64,000 bases of DNA from positions 54,599 through 118,598 of the forward strand of contig JBEWPZ010000001.1 of assembly GCA_047689535.1 (NCBI GenBank), given 5' to 3'. Made by a program: the position numbers and the translations under genes. Numbering within the stretch: the stretch's first letter is position 1; each line of letters begins with the position of its first letter. The notes below the pieces were generated by a model that worked only from the letters and a program-made list of their open reading frames with translations, made no database searches and was not told the origin of the DNA. Positions 32,001-39,104 of the stretch are shown piece after piece. This DNA is from Candidatus Sulfurovum kebritense (lineage in GTDB: Bacteria; Campylobacterota; Campylobacteria; Campylobacterales; Sulfurovaceae).

Positions 32001-32517
32001 GCCTCTGCATGAAGTAGTGGGCAGAGCGGTGACACAGTTCAGCTTTCCAAGACAGGGACGTAAACCGCACCGCGCACTCAGTGACTTCTTCCGCCATGAC
32101 AGACATGATGTGATAGGGCTCAGCTGTGTCAGTGCGGGTGCGAAGTTCAGTGCCTATGAAAAAGAGCTCTATGATGCAGGCAAGTACCTGGAGTACAATC
32201 TTGTACACGGACTCTCTGTAGAGCTTGCCGAAGCATTGGCAGAAGTGGTACACAAGCAGATCCGTATGGACCTCGGTATCCTCAAAGAGGATGAGGGTGC
32301 AACCCTGAGAGATGTGCGTATGAACCGCTATCAGGGGGCAAGATACTCCTTTGGTTATCCGGCATGTCCTGATCTTGAGCAGAGCCGCCAGCTCTTTGAT
32401 CTGCTGAAGCCAGAAGAGTACGGGATAGAACTCAGCGAGACCTTCCAGATCGTGCCTGAGCAGAGTACGACGGCGCTTGTGGTGCATCATAAGAATGCTA
32501 CCTATTATTCGGTGTAA
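29011..32517 (+). CDS. metH: Cobalamin-dependent methionine synthase MetH
   Basis: 1168 aa. Hcy-binding domain (GGCCGTTP), pterin-binding domain, B12-binding DVHDVGKN motif and an AdoMet activation domain. TTG start with an AGAAGGA RBS. Confidence 0.93.
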   Translation: MSTVETIKSILNERILVIDGAMGTQIQDLDIPDEAWVDAKGTVQEGCNELLIDTAPDLIKRIHKRYAMAGADMIKTNTFGTMPWVLDEYGMGERAYELSKKGAALVKEVCEEYSTEEEPRFVLGSIGPGTKLPSLGHIHYDEMYEGYREVALGLIDGGCDVFLLETCQDPLQIKAALHACEAANEERGVKLPIMVSVTIELSGTMLIGTDATTIVTIMEPFDILSLGFNCGTGPDQVKKHLKTLSELCDMPISVHSNAGLPQNRGGYTYYPMGPDEFTEKQLEFTAFDGVSFLGGCCGTTPQHIQALKKAVASLQPKTATGSIKPSIASLFNTTELFQEPAPLLIGERSNATGSKAFRELIIAGDYEGTLTVGQAQVRDGAHCLDVNVEFAGRDGAADMAEVMKLYNQKIPLPLMLDATKVPTMEEGLKCIGGKPIINSVNLEDGEDKLDAVCQLAKKYGASLVCLTIDEKGMAKTTEDKLRIAERLYDLCVNRHGIKPSDLIFDMLTFTVGSGDLEYRDAAIQTLEAIRELHKRHPEVGSTLGLSNISFGLDKNARVFLNSVFLHHCIQAGMTSVIINVKHIVPLAKMSEEDREVCEELLFRPDDNSLFKFIEHFSDKSLDESGNDEAYEAMSSEEKIAHLLLEGDKERMIPLVEEVRHQIHPDTIVNEILIDAMKVVGELFGSGQMQLPFVLQSAETMKATVDYLNPYLTKQEKETDTTLVIGTVKGDVHDVGKNLVDIILSNNGFKVINVGIKTELQEYLDVMKEQKVQAIGMSGLLVKSTGVMKENLDIMAEQGIDIPVLLGGAALTRGFVDDFCRPAYKGPIFYCRDAFDGVVAMSRIEKYNEDPSVGLDTRLAGDMVERKEKVKKKVVIPPFEEITMPERVEIPTPPFWGRRVLTKEDLDIDMIFEWVNRRSVFKMHWGYKSKGMSKEEYQKLLDETVIPAFERLKREFKEKDLFDPTIIYGYYPCRSDDQELLIFDESEGWNVDANANREPLHEVVGRAVTQFSFPRQGRKPHRALSDFFRHDRHDVIGLSCVSAGAKFSAYEKELYDAGKYLEYNLVHGLSVELAEALAEVVHKQIRMDLGILKEDEGATLRDVRMNRYQGARYSFGYPACPDLEQSRQLFDLLKPEEYGIELSETFQIVPEQSTTALVVHHKNATYYSV

Positions 32518-32546
32518 CTAGGTCAAAAGTGGAATATTTGATTTCG

Positions 32547-32610
32547 TTGCCACGTTGTACGTGGTAATGCGCCCTGACCGTATAGGAGGAAGTGCCCTTG
32601 GGGTGCCTAG
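32547..32610 (+). repeat. Intergenic repeat family R2, copy a
   Basis: Hairpin CCACG-TTGTA-CGTGG then AATGCGCCCTGACCG..GGAAGTGCCCTTGGGGTGC. Near-identical core at 43979-44040 and a diverged copy at 45001-45072. Confidence 0.85.
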
Positions 32611-32680
32611 TTCAATTCAATCTTTTCATCTCTTTGAAGGCAAAATAAAACTTCGCTTAGCATGACTGATGAGGTCTGCA

Positions 32681-32886
32681 TTCCCAAGCTGGAGAGGCTG
32701 AGAAAGAACCTGTAATAATTTGGAAGTGGAGGCTTTAGCCCCACCGAAAAATGCAATATTTTTCAGTTTTTAACTCAAATATTACTAACACCCCTGAAAA
32801 AAACAATTTTTTCGTGTAAAAAGAATAGTTGTGGGACTAAAGTCTCCACTTCCGTGAGTTCTTTCACAGCCTCTGGAGCTTGGGAA
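32681..32886. repeat. Long imperfect palindromic (hairpin/MITE-like) element, copy A
   Basis: Roughly 60-nt arms TTCCCAAGCTGGAGAGGCTGAGAAAGAAC..GGAAGTGGAGGCTTTAGCCCCAC and their reverse complement flank an AT-rich centre. Confidence 0.85.
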
Positions 32887-32978
32887 GGAGCGTAAAAATC
32901 CCTATTTTTCGTTATTTTTAGCGCCATTATGTTATATAGGGTGCCAGATATCGTAAAATAGAAAAAGGAGCCAAGGGT

Positions 32979-34079
32979 TTGTCAAAGATCAAATATATGA
33001 CCAAAGTAAAAAAAGTAGAGCAGCTAAGCCAAAAAGAGGTTGAAGAACTTCATGAAGTAGAAGAGAAGTTTGTCTTTCGATCAAACAACTATTATAATGA
33101 TCTCATTGATTGGAATGATCCTGAAGATCCTATACGCAAACTTGTGATCCCGGACAGGGATGAGTTGAGTAGTTGGGGAGAGCTGGATGCGAGTGGCGAA
33201 GAGAGCTATACCAAAGCCAGAGGGTTGGAGCACAAGTATCAGGATACGGCACTGATACTCTTTAACAATGTATGCGGTGCCTACTGCAGATACTGTTTTA
33301 GAAAACGTCTCTTTATGAATGACAATGATGATACCGTAGAGGATATGACAGAAGCGATCGCTTATATCAAAGCGCACCCTGAAGTCTCCAATGTACTGAT
33401 CACTGGCGGTGATCCTTTGGTAGCCTCTACAAGTAAGATAAGACCTTTGATTAAGAGCCTTAGAGAGATTGATCATGTCAAGATCATTCGCCTTGGGACC
33501 AAGATGACGGCATTCAACCCGTATAGGTTTTTGGAAGATGAAGCGCTTTATGAGATGATCCGTGAATTTTCTACTGCAGATAAAAAGATCTATATCATGA
33601 ATCACTTCACGCACCCTAGAGAACTTACCGAACCGGCGATCGAGGCGATCGATAAACTGATCAAAGCCGGGGCGATCTGTACGAACCAAACACCGATGCT
33701 CAGAGGGATCAATGACAATGTAGAGGCACTCAAAGAGATGTTTGAAAAGCTCTCTGAGATCGGTGTGCCTCCATACTATATCTTTGGAGTAAGACCGACA
33801 CTGGGTAATGAGCCGTACACCATGCCGATAGAGACAATCAGCGAGATCTTTGAAAAGGCGAGAGTACAGACCAGTGGCCTGGCTGCCAGAGCACGTTTTG
33901 TGATGAGTCACAAGAGCGGAAAGATCGAAGTACTCGGGATGACGGAAGATAAGATCATGTTCCGTTATCACAGAGCGGCTAAACTGGAAGATAGAGGTCG
34001 AGTGATGGTCTATAAGCGTAATCCTGAAGCACTATGGTTTGATGACTATACCGAGCTGCTTGAAAGCTATGTGATGTAA
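32979..34079 (+). CDS. KamA-family radical SAM protein (lysine-2,3-aminomutase-like)
   Basis: CGAYCRYCFRKR (CxxxCxxC) cluster motif, ITGGDPL, KamA-like TIM-barrel layout. TTG start 8 nt after AAAAAGGAG. Confidence 0.8.
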   Translation: MSKIKYMTKVKKVEQLSQKEVEELHEVEEKFVFRSNNYYNDLIDWNDPEDPIRKLVIPDRDELSSWGELDASGEESYTKARGLEHKYQDTALILFNNVCGAYCRYCFRKRLFMNDNDDTVEDMTEAIAYIKAHPEVSNVLITGGDPLVASTSKIRPLIKSLREIDHVKIIRLGTKMTAFNPYRFLEDEALYEMIREFSTADKKIYIMNHFTHPRELTEPAIEAIDKLIKAGAICTNQTPMLRGINDNVEALKEMFEKLSEIGVPPYYIFGVRPTLGNEPYTMPIETISEIFEKARVQTSGLAARARFVMSHKSGKIEVLGMTEDKIMFRYHRAAKLEDRGRVMVYKRNPEALWFDDYTELLESYVM

Positions 34080-34107
34080 CCTTGGCGACAAACCCCCTCA
34101 TATTTTT

Positions 34108-34132
34108 ATGCTCACATCTTACATGTGAGCAT
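34108..34132 (+). other. Perfect 10-bp palindromic hairpin between KamA-like and DUF3050 genes
   Basis: ATGCTCACAT-CTTAC-ATGTGAGCAT with no U-tract. Could be a weak terminator, RNA stabiliser or operator. Confidence 0.5.
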
Positions 34133-34206
34133 ATTCTCCTCCCTATTAAAGAAACTCTACTATAATTCTTTACAATCATTTTTATAATAGTAAGGAATAT
34201 AAATCT

Positions 34207-34983
34207 ATGGTACAAACGATACAAAGTGATGTCATTGATACACTGAAGTCACAGCTTAACGAACACCCCGTATATAAAGCGGTGAAAACAGTAGAGGACC
34301 TAAGATGTTTTATGGAACATCATGCATTTTCCGTGTGGGATTTTATGTCACTGGTAAAGTATCTTCAAGCAGAGATCGCTCCGAGCACTTCTCCTTGGGT
34401 ACCGCCTAGCGAGCCTGACCTGTGTCGTTTTATCAATGAACTGGTTCTGGAAGAAGAGGCGGATGAGATGCCTGATGGCAAAAGCTTTTTGAGCCACTAT
34501 GAGATCTACCTGCTTGCTATGGAAGAGGTCGGTGCAGATACCTCCATGATCAGGAGATTTGTAGATACGGTGAAGTGCAAGGGAGTTGAAGAAGCGTTGC
34601 AGTTACCGGGTATCCCTGAAGCCAGCAGAGCATTTACGACGACAACCTTCAGTTTTATGCGTGACAATCAGCCGCAAAATGCAGCGGCTGCACTGGCACT
34701 GGGGAGAGAACACATTATCCCTGTGATGTTCAAAGGGATACTTAAAAATATGGGTATCAACAAAAAACAGGCGCCGATCTTTCACTACTATCTGGAGAGA
34801 CATATCCATCTAGATGAAGGGTTCCACGGTCCGCTCTCTCTCAGACTTTTAAATAAACTGTGTGAAGAGGATGCAAAGAAAGTGGAAGATGCAGAGAATG
34901 CAGCCAAGCTGGCTGTCTCTGCACGTATTACATTTTGGGATGGCGTCTTAGCCGAACTGGATCGGCTGAACGCATCTGTTTAA
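34207..34983 (+). CDS. DUF3050-like all-helical protein (haem-oxygenase/TenA-like fold predicted)
   Basis: LRCFMEHHAFSVWDFMSLVKYLQ and SHYEIYLLAMEEVGAD motifs as I recall them for DUF3050. 258 aa. Confidence 0.55.
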   Translation: MVQTIQSDVIDTLKSQLNEHPVYKAVKTVEDLRCFMEHHAFSVWDFMSLVKYLQAEIAPSTSPWVPPSEPDLCRFINELVLEEEADEMPDGKSFLSHYEIYLLAMEEVGADTSMIRRFVDTVKCKGVEEALQLPGIPEASRAFTTTTFSFMRDNQPQNAAAALALGREHIIPVMFKGILKNMGINKKQAPIFHYYLERHIHLDEGFHGPLSLRLLNKLCEEDAKKVEDAENAAKLAVSARITFWDGVLAELDRLNASV

Positions 34984-35007
34984 AAGAGAGTTACCTCTCT
35001 GTTTTTG
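34982..35007. terminator. Putative bidirectional intrinsic terminator
   Basis: AAAA-AGAGAG-TTAC-CTCTCT-GTTTTT between convergent genes. Confidence 0.5.
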
Positions 35008-35039
35008 GCGCGGTACCGCTTCCTGGTATTTGCAAAGTG

Positions 35040-35738
35040 CTAGATCTCATGGGAGAATGACTTCTCAAAAAGCTCAAAATCCAGATACTCTTTAACGATC
35101 TCTTCGGACTCATTCATGCTGATGAGTGAGTAGGCAAGGGTACCCTCTTTGGGCTCTCTGCTGTAGATATCCTTGAGGAGCTTGATATAGTCGGCCTTGA
35201 GATAGGGAGTGATGGATGCGATATCCCGCTCCACATCCGCGATATAGGCATGGACATCACCGTCATATTCGACCTTGAGATCATCTTTGTCGATATCTTC
35301 GGCAGACTCTACCATCTGACGAAAGATAAAGTCTTCAAAGTTCTTGGCATAGTATTCCGTATCATCCATCTCGTCCCATATCTCCACGATCGGTGCTTCC
35401 CCCTTCACCTTGACATTGTCATAAAAGGCGTAGTAGTTGCCCTCAAGTGTTTTGGCAAAAGGGATGAACTTATGTGTCTCGATATCCCAGAACTCCGGAG
35501 TCTGGAAGTTCAGTATCGCTTCCGGGGTAAGCAGTGTCATCTGTGCCTCACCGGAGTGTAGAAGTGCAGGTGGGTTTTCCCTGAGTGTAGGATAGACTGT
35601 ATCCACCCAGCTTTCACCCTCTTTCAGACCCTCTTCGAAGCCTCTCATATAGTTGAGCATTCCGTCATCCCAGAGTCTTTTAAAGTACTCGGGGAAGGTA
35701 AAGTCATATTTTTCTTCTATCTGTTTCAGTGTCACCAT
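35040..35738 (-). CDS. SMI1/KNR4 (SUKH superfamily) protein, immunity-protein-like
   Basis: SUKH-like pattern: N-terminal IEEKYDFTFPEYFKRLW, then FIPFAKTLEGNYYAFYD and a later NFEDFIFRQM segment. Confidence 0.6.
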   Translation of the reverse strand: MVTLKQIEEKYDFTFPEYFKRLWDDGMLNYMRGFEEGLKEGESWVDTVYPTLRENPPALLHSGEAQMTLLTPEAILNFQTPEFWDIETHKFIPFAKTLEGNYYAFYDNVKVKGEAPIVEIWDEMDDTEYYAKNFEDFIFRQMVESAEDIDKDDLKVEYDGDVHAYIADVERDIASITPYLKADYIKLLKDIYSREPKEGTLAYSLISMNESEEIVKEYLDFELFEKSFSHEI

Positions 35739-35785
35739 ATAGAATTTCCTTCAATAAAAAAGTATAATTCCCAAAAGGATAATGC

Positions 35786-35998
35786 ATGAAACTTAAAAAA
35801 GGCAGATACAGACACTACAAAGGTCAGGAGTATGAAGTGATAGATACCGCACGACACTCTGAAACAGAAGAGTGGATGGTCATCTACCGTACCTGTTACG
35901 GAGAGAGAGGTTTGTGGGTGCGACCCTATGAGATGTTTGTTGAGAAAGTAGAGGTGGATGGCAAAACGGTAGACCGTTTTGCCTATATCGGGGATTAG
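35786..35998 (+). CDS. DUF1653 small protein
   Basis: 70 aa. YRHYKGQEYEV....MVIYR...GLWVRPYEMF pattern. Confidence 0.6.
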   Translation: MKLKKGRYRHYKGQEYEVIDTARHSETEEWMVIYRTCYGERGLWVRPYEMFVEKVEVDGKTVDRFAYIGD

Positions 35999-36177
35999 AT
36001 CCCCTCCATTCTCCTTGCTTCAAAACTCACCAACTCTCCCGCTTCAAAACGGAAGAAAAGCTCGATAGGGCGGCAGCATACTTCACAGTCCTCGATATAT
36101 TCACTTACCTCTTCAGTGGGGTCAAGTACCATTGATATCTGCTGCCAGCAGTAGGGACAGGTAAAAAAGTGTTCCAT
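35995..36177 (-). CDS. CPXCG-motif cysteine-rich (zinc-ribbon-like) protein
   Basis: 60 aa with FTCPYCWQ..DCEVCCRPI. Its ATG overlaps the stop of the upstream membrane ORF (TAATG). Confidence 0.6.
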   Translation of the reverse strand: MEHFFTCPYCWQQISMVLDPTEEVSEYIEDCEVCCRPIELFFRFEAGELVSFEARRMEGI

Positions 36178-36398
36178 TACTTATCCTTTGTTTTAAATAG
36201 TTTGGTGAGCCACTCCGGCAGCATACAGAAGTTGTCACAATCGCCTTTCCTCTCACATCGGGTGATACCTATGTTCCTAATGAGGAGTATCATAAAACCT
36301 ATGGCAATGATCAGTTGTATACTTCCTGCAAGCCATTGGTGGGAGAGAAGGCTCTGCATCGCCAAAACCAGCATCACTATGGTAATAATAAGACACAT
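36177..36398 (-). CDS. Hypothetical small membrane protein with CxxxxxCxxxC tail
   Basis: 73 aa with two TM helices, then CERKGDCDNFC. Translationally coupled to the CPXCG gene. Confidence 0.45.
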   Translation of the reverse strand: MCLIITIVMLVLAMQSLLSHQWLAGSIQLIIAIGFMILLIRNIGITRCERKGDCDNFCMLPEWLTKLFKTKDK

Positions 36399-36515
36399 AA
36401 GGAATTCTCTTTTTTGTAGGATTATACTATATACTTCGTGTTATATATTATTGACCATGGTTAATATGTTTATTTCTTTACTTTTTTTAGAAAAATTAAT
36501 CTATAAAGGAACTTT

Positions 36516-37790
36516 ATGTCACCAATCATTGAACACTTTAAAACACTTACACAGATTCCGCACTGCAGCAAGGAGGCGGATAAGCTGATGGCGTTTCTGG
36601 TGGAGTTTGGAGAAGAGAGAGGATACAGTGTTGAGGTAGATGCGGCCAAAAATATCCTGATCAGAAAGGGTACCCCCTCACTATGTCTACAGGCACACTA
36701 TGACATGGTCTGCATGGGGAAAGCACCTACGATAGAAACCTATGAAGAGGATGGAGTCATGCGTGCCAAGGGTTCCTCTTTGGGTGCAGATAACGGCATG
36801 GCGATCGCGATGATGATGGTGTTGATGGATCAGGGAGAAGTACTTGAGTTTTTGCTCACTTCTGATGAAGAGATCGGACTGATCGGAGCGAATGCTTTGG
36901 CATTTGACCTGAAGAGCAACTATATGCTCAACCTTGACAGTGAAGATGAAGCTGAGGTCTATATCGGCTGTGCAGGTGGTGTGGATATCACGGCAAGCAA
37001 AGAGGAGAGTTATGTTGAGGGAATTGGAGCGTGTTATGAGGTAGCGGTGAAGGGATTGGTCGGCGGACACTCAGGGGTAGATATCGACAAGGGTATCCCT
37101 TCAGCGATCAAGGTATTGGGTGCATATCTCTCTGAAGAGGGTGTTACGCAGCTGGTTTCACTCTATGCCGGGGAACGCCGCAACTCTATCCCTGCCAATG
37201 CTGTGGCCATTGTACGATCAGAAAAGTCTCTGGAGGATAGAGGAGATGTCACCGTAAGGGTACTGAACGAATCACCAAAAGTACTCAAAGAGGGCGAGCA
37301 GGCTATTGCACTGATCGATGCCTTTAAACACGGGGTGCATCGTCAAAATGAGCAGCTCGGTATCCCTGATACGAGTATCAACCTGGCGATCATTACCTCT
37401 GATGAGAAAGGCGGACTACTGATAGAGAGCAGTGCCCGTGCGATGAGCAGCGAAGGGCTTAAAGAGATATCAGGTGAGACGGTAGCGTTATTTGAGTCTT
37501 ATGGTTTTGAGGTCAAGCTGGAAGATAAATACCCTTCGTGGAAACCTGATGTGACGGAATTTAGCGAGCTGGTCAGTGGAGAGGTAAAAAAGGTTTTTGG
37601 GAAGAGCAAAATGATGGCGATCCATGCCGGGCTTGAGTGTGGAGTGATCGCAGAGAAGTACCCGCAGATGAAGTTCGCCTCGATCGGCCCGACGATCCGC
37701 TACCCTCACTCTACCAGAGAAGAGGTGGACCTGAAGTCTGTAGAGGAGACGTTTGAGGTGTTATTAGGGGTAGTAGCAAAGTTGAAGTAG
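36516..37790 (+). CDS. pepD: M20-family aminoacyl-histidine (Xaa-His) dipeptidase PepD-like
   Basis: FKTLTQIPHCSKE, LQAHYDMVC, GADNGMAIA, TSDEEIGLIGA and HAGLECG motifs. Confidence 0.8.
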   Translation: MSPIIEHFKTLTQIPHCSKEADKLMAFLVEFGEERGYSVEVDAAKNILIRKGTPSLCLQAHYDMVCMGKAPTIETYEEDGVMRAKGSSLGADNGMAIAMMMVLMDQGEVLEFLLTSDEEIGLIGANALAFDLKSNYMLNLDSEDEAEVYIGCAGGVDITASKEESYVEGIGACYEVAVKGLVGGHSGVDIDKGIPSAIKVLGAYLSEEGVTQLVSLYAGERRNSIPANAVAIVRSEKSLEDRGDVTVRVLNESPKVLKEGEQAIALIDAFKHGVHRQNEQLGIPDTSINLAIITSDEKGGLLIESSARAMSSEGLKEISGETVALFESYGFEVKLEDKYPSWKPDVTEFSELVSGEVKKVFGKSKMMAIHAGLECGVIAEKYPQMKFASIGPTIRYPHSTREEVDLKSVEETFEVLLGVVAKLK

Positions 37791-37840
37791 TGTAGAGAGA
37801 AACAATCAACATTTGATTTGAGTCATTAATCGAAATATAG

Positions 37841-38072
37841 GTTACCACGTACAGAGGCTGTGAAAGAACTCACGGAAGTGAAGACTTTCACTCCAAGGGT
37901 ATTTCCTGCGGGCAGTCCCACAACTATTGTTTTAACATGAATAAGTAATTGCTTTCAGAGTTTTTTGACTGCTTCTTTAGTACATACTTCAAAATATCTC
38001 ACTTGTAGGTGGGGCTAAAGCCTCCACTTCCAAATCAATATAAGTTCTTTCACAATCTCAAACCGTGGTAAC
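37841..38072. repeat. Long imperfect palindromic element, copy B (inverted relative to copy A)
   Basis: 37852-37880 is the exact reverse complement of 32847-32875 (29 nt). 38008-38034 is the exact reverse complement of 32719-32745 (27 nt). Confidence 0.9.
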
Positions 38073-38102
38073 GAGAAAAACTTTAAATCCTTCGTTAGAT
38101 AG

Positions 38103-38215
38103 TATGCAGGTATTTCCTGTTCATTTCTTTCTTTTGTATCACAACAAAAGAAAGCAAACGAACCAAAGAAAGAAAAACGTGAGTGACATGAACTTGGAGT
38201 ATGTTAAATAACCTT
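38103..38215. repeat. Intergenic repeat family R3, copy 1 (hairpin + conserved 16-codon minus-strand ORF)
   Basis: About 90 percent identical by hand count, with no indels, to 44085-44182. 11-bp stem CTTTCTTTTGT/ACAAAAGAAAG. Confidence 0.85.
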
Positions 38216-38315
38216 TTCACTCATTTCACCTTAAATCAGGAGATTTTTCCATACAGAGCATATGACATAATAGTTCAATATACATTTTTACTGGTTCCTA
38301 AATACAGAGGTTGAT

Positions 38316-38966
38316 TTATACCTTGAAGCTCTCTTTGCTTTTACAATACGCTTCAAGGAAACACCCCTCGCATTCGGGTTTGAGTGCTTTACACTTGTAT
38401 CTGCCGAAGAGTACCATCGCCTGATGGAGCAGGTGCAGGTCGGTCTTGAACTTTCTGGTAAGATCCTCTTCCGTTTTGACAGCAGTGGTGGCATCACTGA
38501 GTCCCAGTCGGTGAGCGACGCGGAATACATGGGTATCGACAGCCATAAGGTTGGCGCCGGCATATTCGATCATGACGACATTGGCTGTCTTCTGTCCGAC
38601 GCCGGCGAGCTTGACCAGCTCTTTTTGTTCCAAAGGTACCTCGCCCTCATAGTTCTCGACCACTGACTGTGCCATTTTGGTGAGGTTCTTGGCTTTGTTG
38701 TTGAAGAATGAGCAGGTATTGATATAGGATTTTACTTCTGCAAGATCGGCATTGGCAAGCGTAACCGGGTCAGGGTAGGCTTCAAAAAGCGCGGGAGTGA
38801 TGATATTGACACGTTTATCCGTACATTGTGCAGAAAGCATCACGGAAACAAGGAGTTCATAAAGGTTACGGTACTCCAGTTCGGTCACAGAATCGGGATA
38901 GTGTTCTAAAAAAAGTGCCTTGATCGCTTCGATCTCTTTTTTCGTTGCTTTTTTGACTTTGGCCAC
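38316..38966 (-). CDS. nth: Endonuclease III
   Basis: HhH-GPD motif (LVKLAGVGQKTANVV), catalytic K/D region, C-terminal 4Fe-4S motif CKALKPECEGCFLEAYC. Confidence 0.9.
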   Translation of the reverse strand: MAKVKKATKKEIEAIKALFLEHYPDSVTELEYRNLYELLVSVMLSAQCTDKRVNIITPALFEAYPDPVTLANADLAEVKSYINTCSFFNNKAKNLTKMAQSVVENYEGEVPLEQKELVKLAGVGQKTANVVMIEYAGANLMAVDTHVFRVAHRLGLSDATTAVKTEEDLTRKFKTDLHLLHQAMVLFGRYKCKALKPECEGCFLEAYCKSKESFKV

Positions 38967-39104
38967 GTTGATTAAACCTTTTTCTAAAAATATTTAAATA
39001 GAATATTAGCCAAAATAGATTGAGAAGACTCCATTATTAATGTACGATTTACCGATAAAGAGTATACTTCTTGTCATATTTAATTATAAGAAGGAAGAAT
39101 TATA

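Noticed and set aside
31357-32490. 377-aa minus-strand ORF, with similar long antisense ORFs at 30643-31290, 33081-33971, 25435-26052, 45368-46015, 57538-58113, 39798-40367 and 61759-62280
   Set aside because: Each lies entirely antisense to a CDS with strong family motifs (metH, KamA-like, ilvB, Lpd-like and others). Their translations are low-complexity or R/H/C-rich with no motifs, which is typical of shadow ORFs.
32518-32978. CRISPR array, or integron attC sites, as an explanation for the intergenic repeats
   Set aside because: The repeats are not short, regularly spaced direct repeats with unique spacers, and no cas genes are present. No intI integrase or attI was seen, and the flanked genes are core genes with their own promoters. 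A REP/MITE-like interpretation fits better.
36169-36588. 139-aa plus-strand ORF overlapping the small TM gene and the pepD start
   Set aside because: It is antisense to the coupled TM/CPXCG pair and out of frame with pepD. The translation is low complexity with no RBS.
38103-38215. R3 hairpin as the intrinsic terminator of nth (minus strand); also the plus-strand ATG-initiated ORF in R3
   Set aside because: On the minus strand the 11-bp stem is followed by AAATGAAC, not a U-tract. The second R3 copy has no upstream minus-strand gene. The plus-strand ORF is 35 codons in copy 1 but stops after 17 in copy 2.
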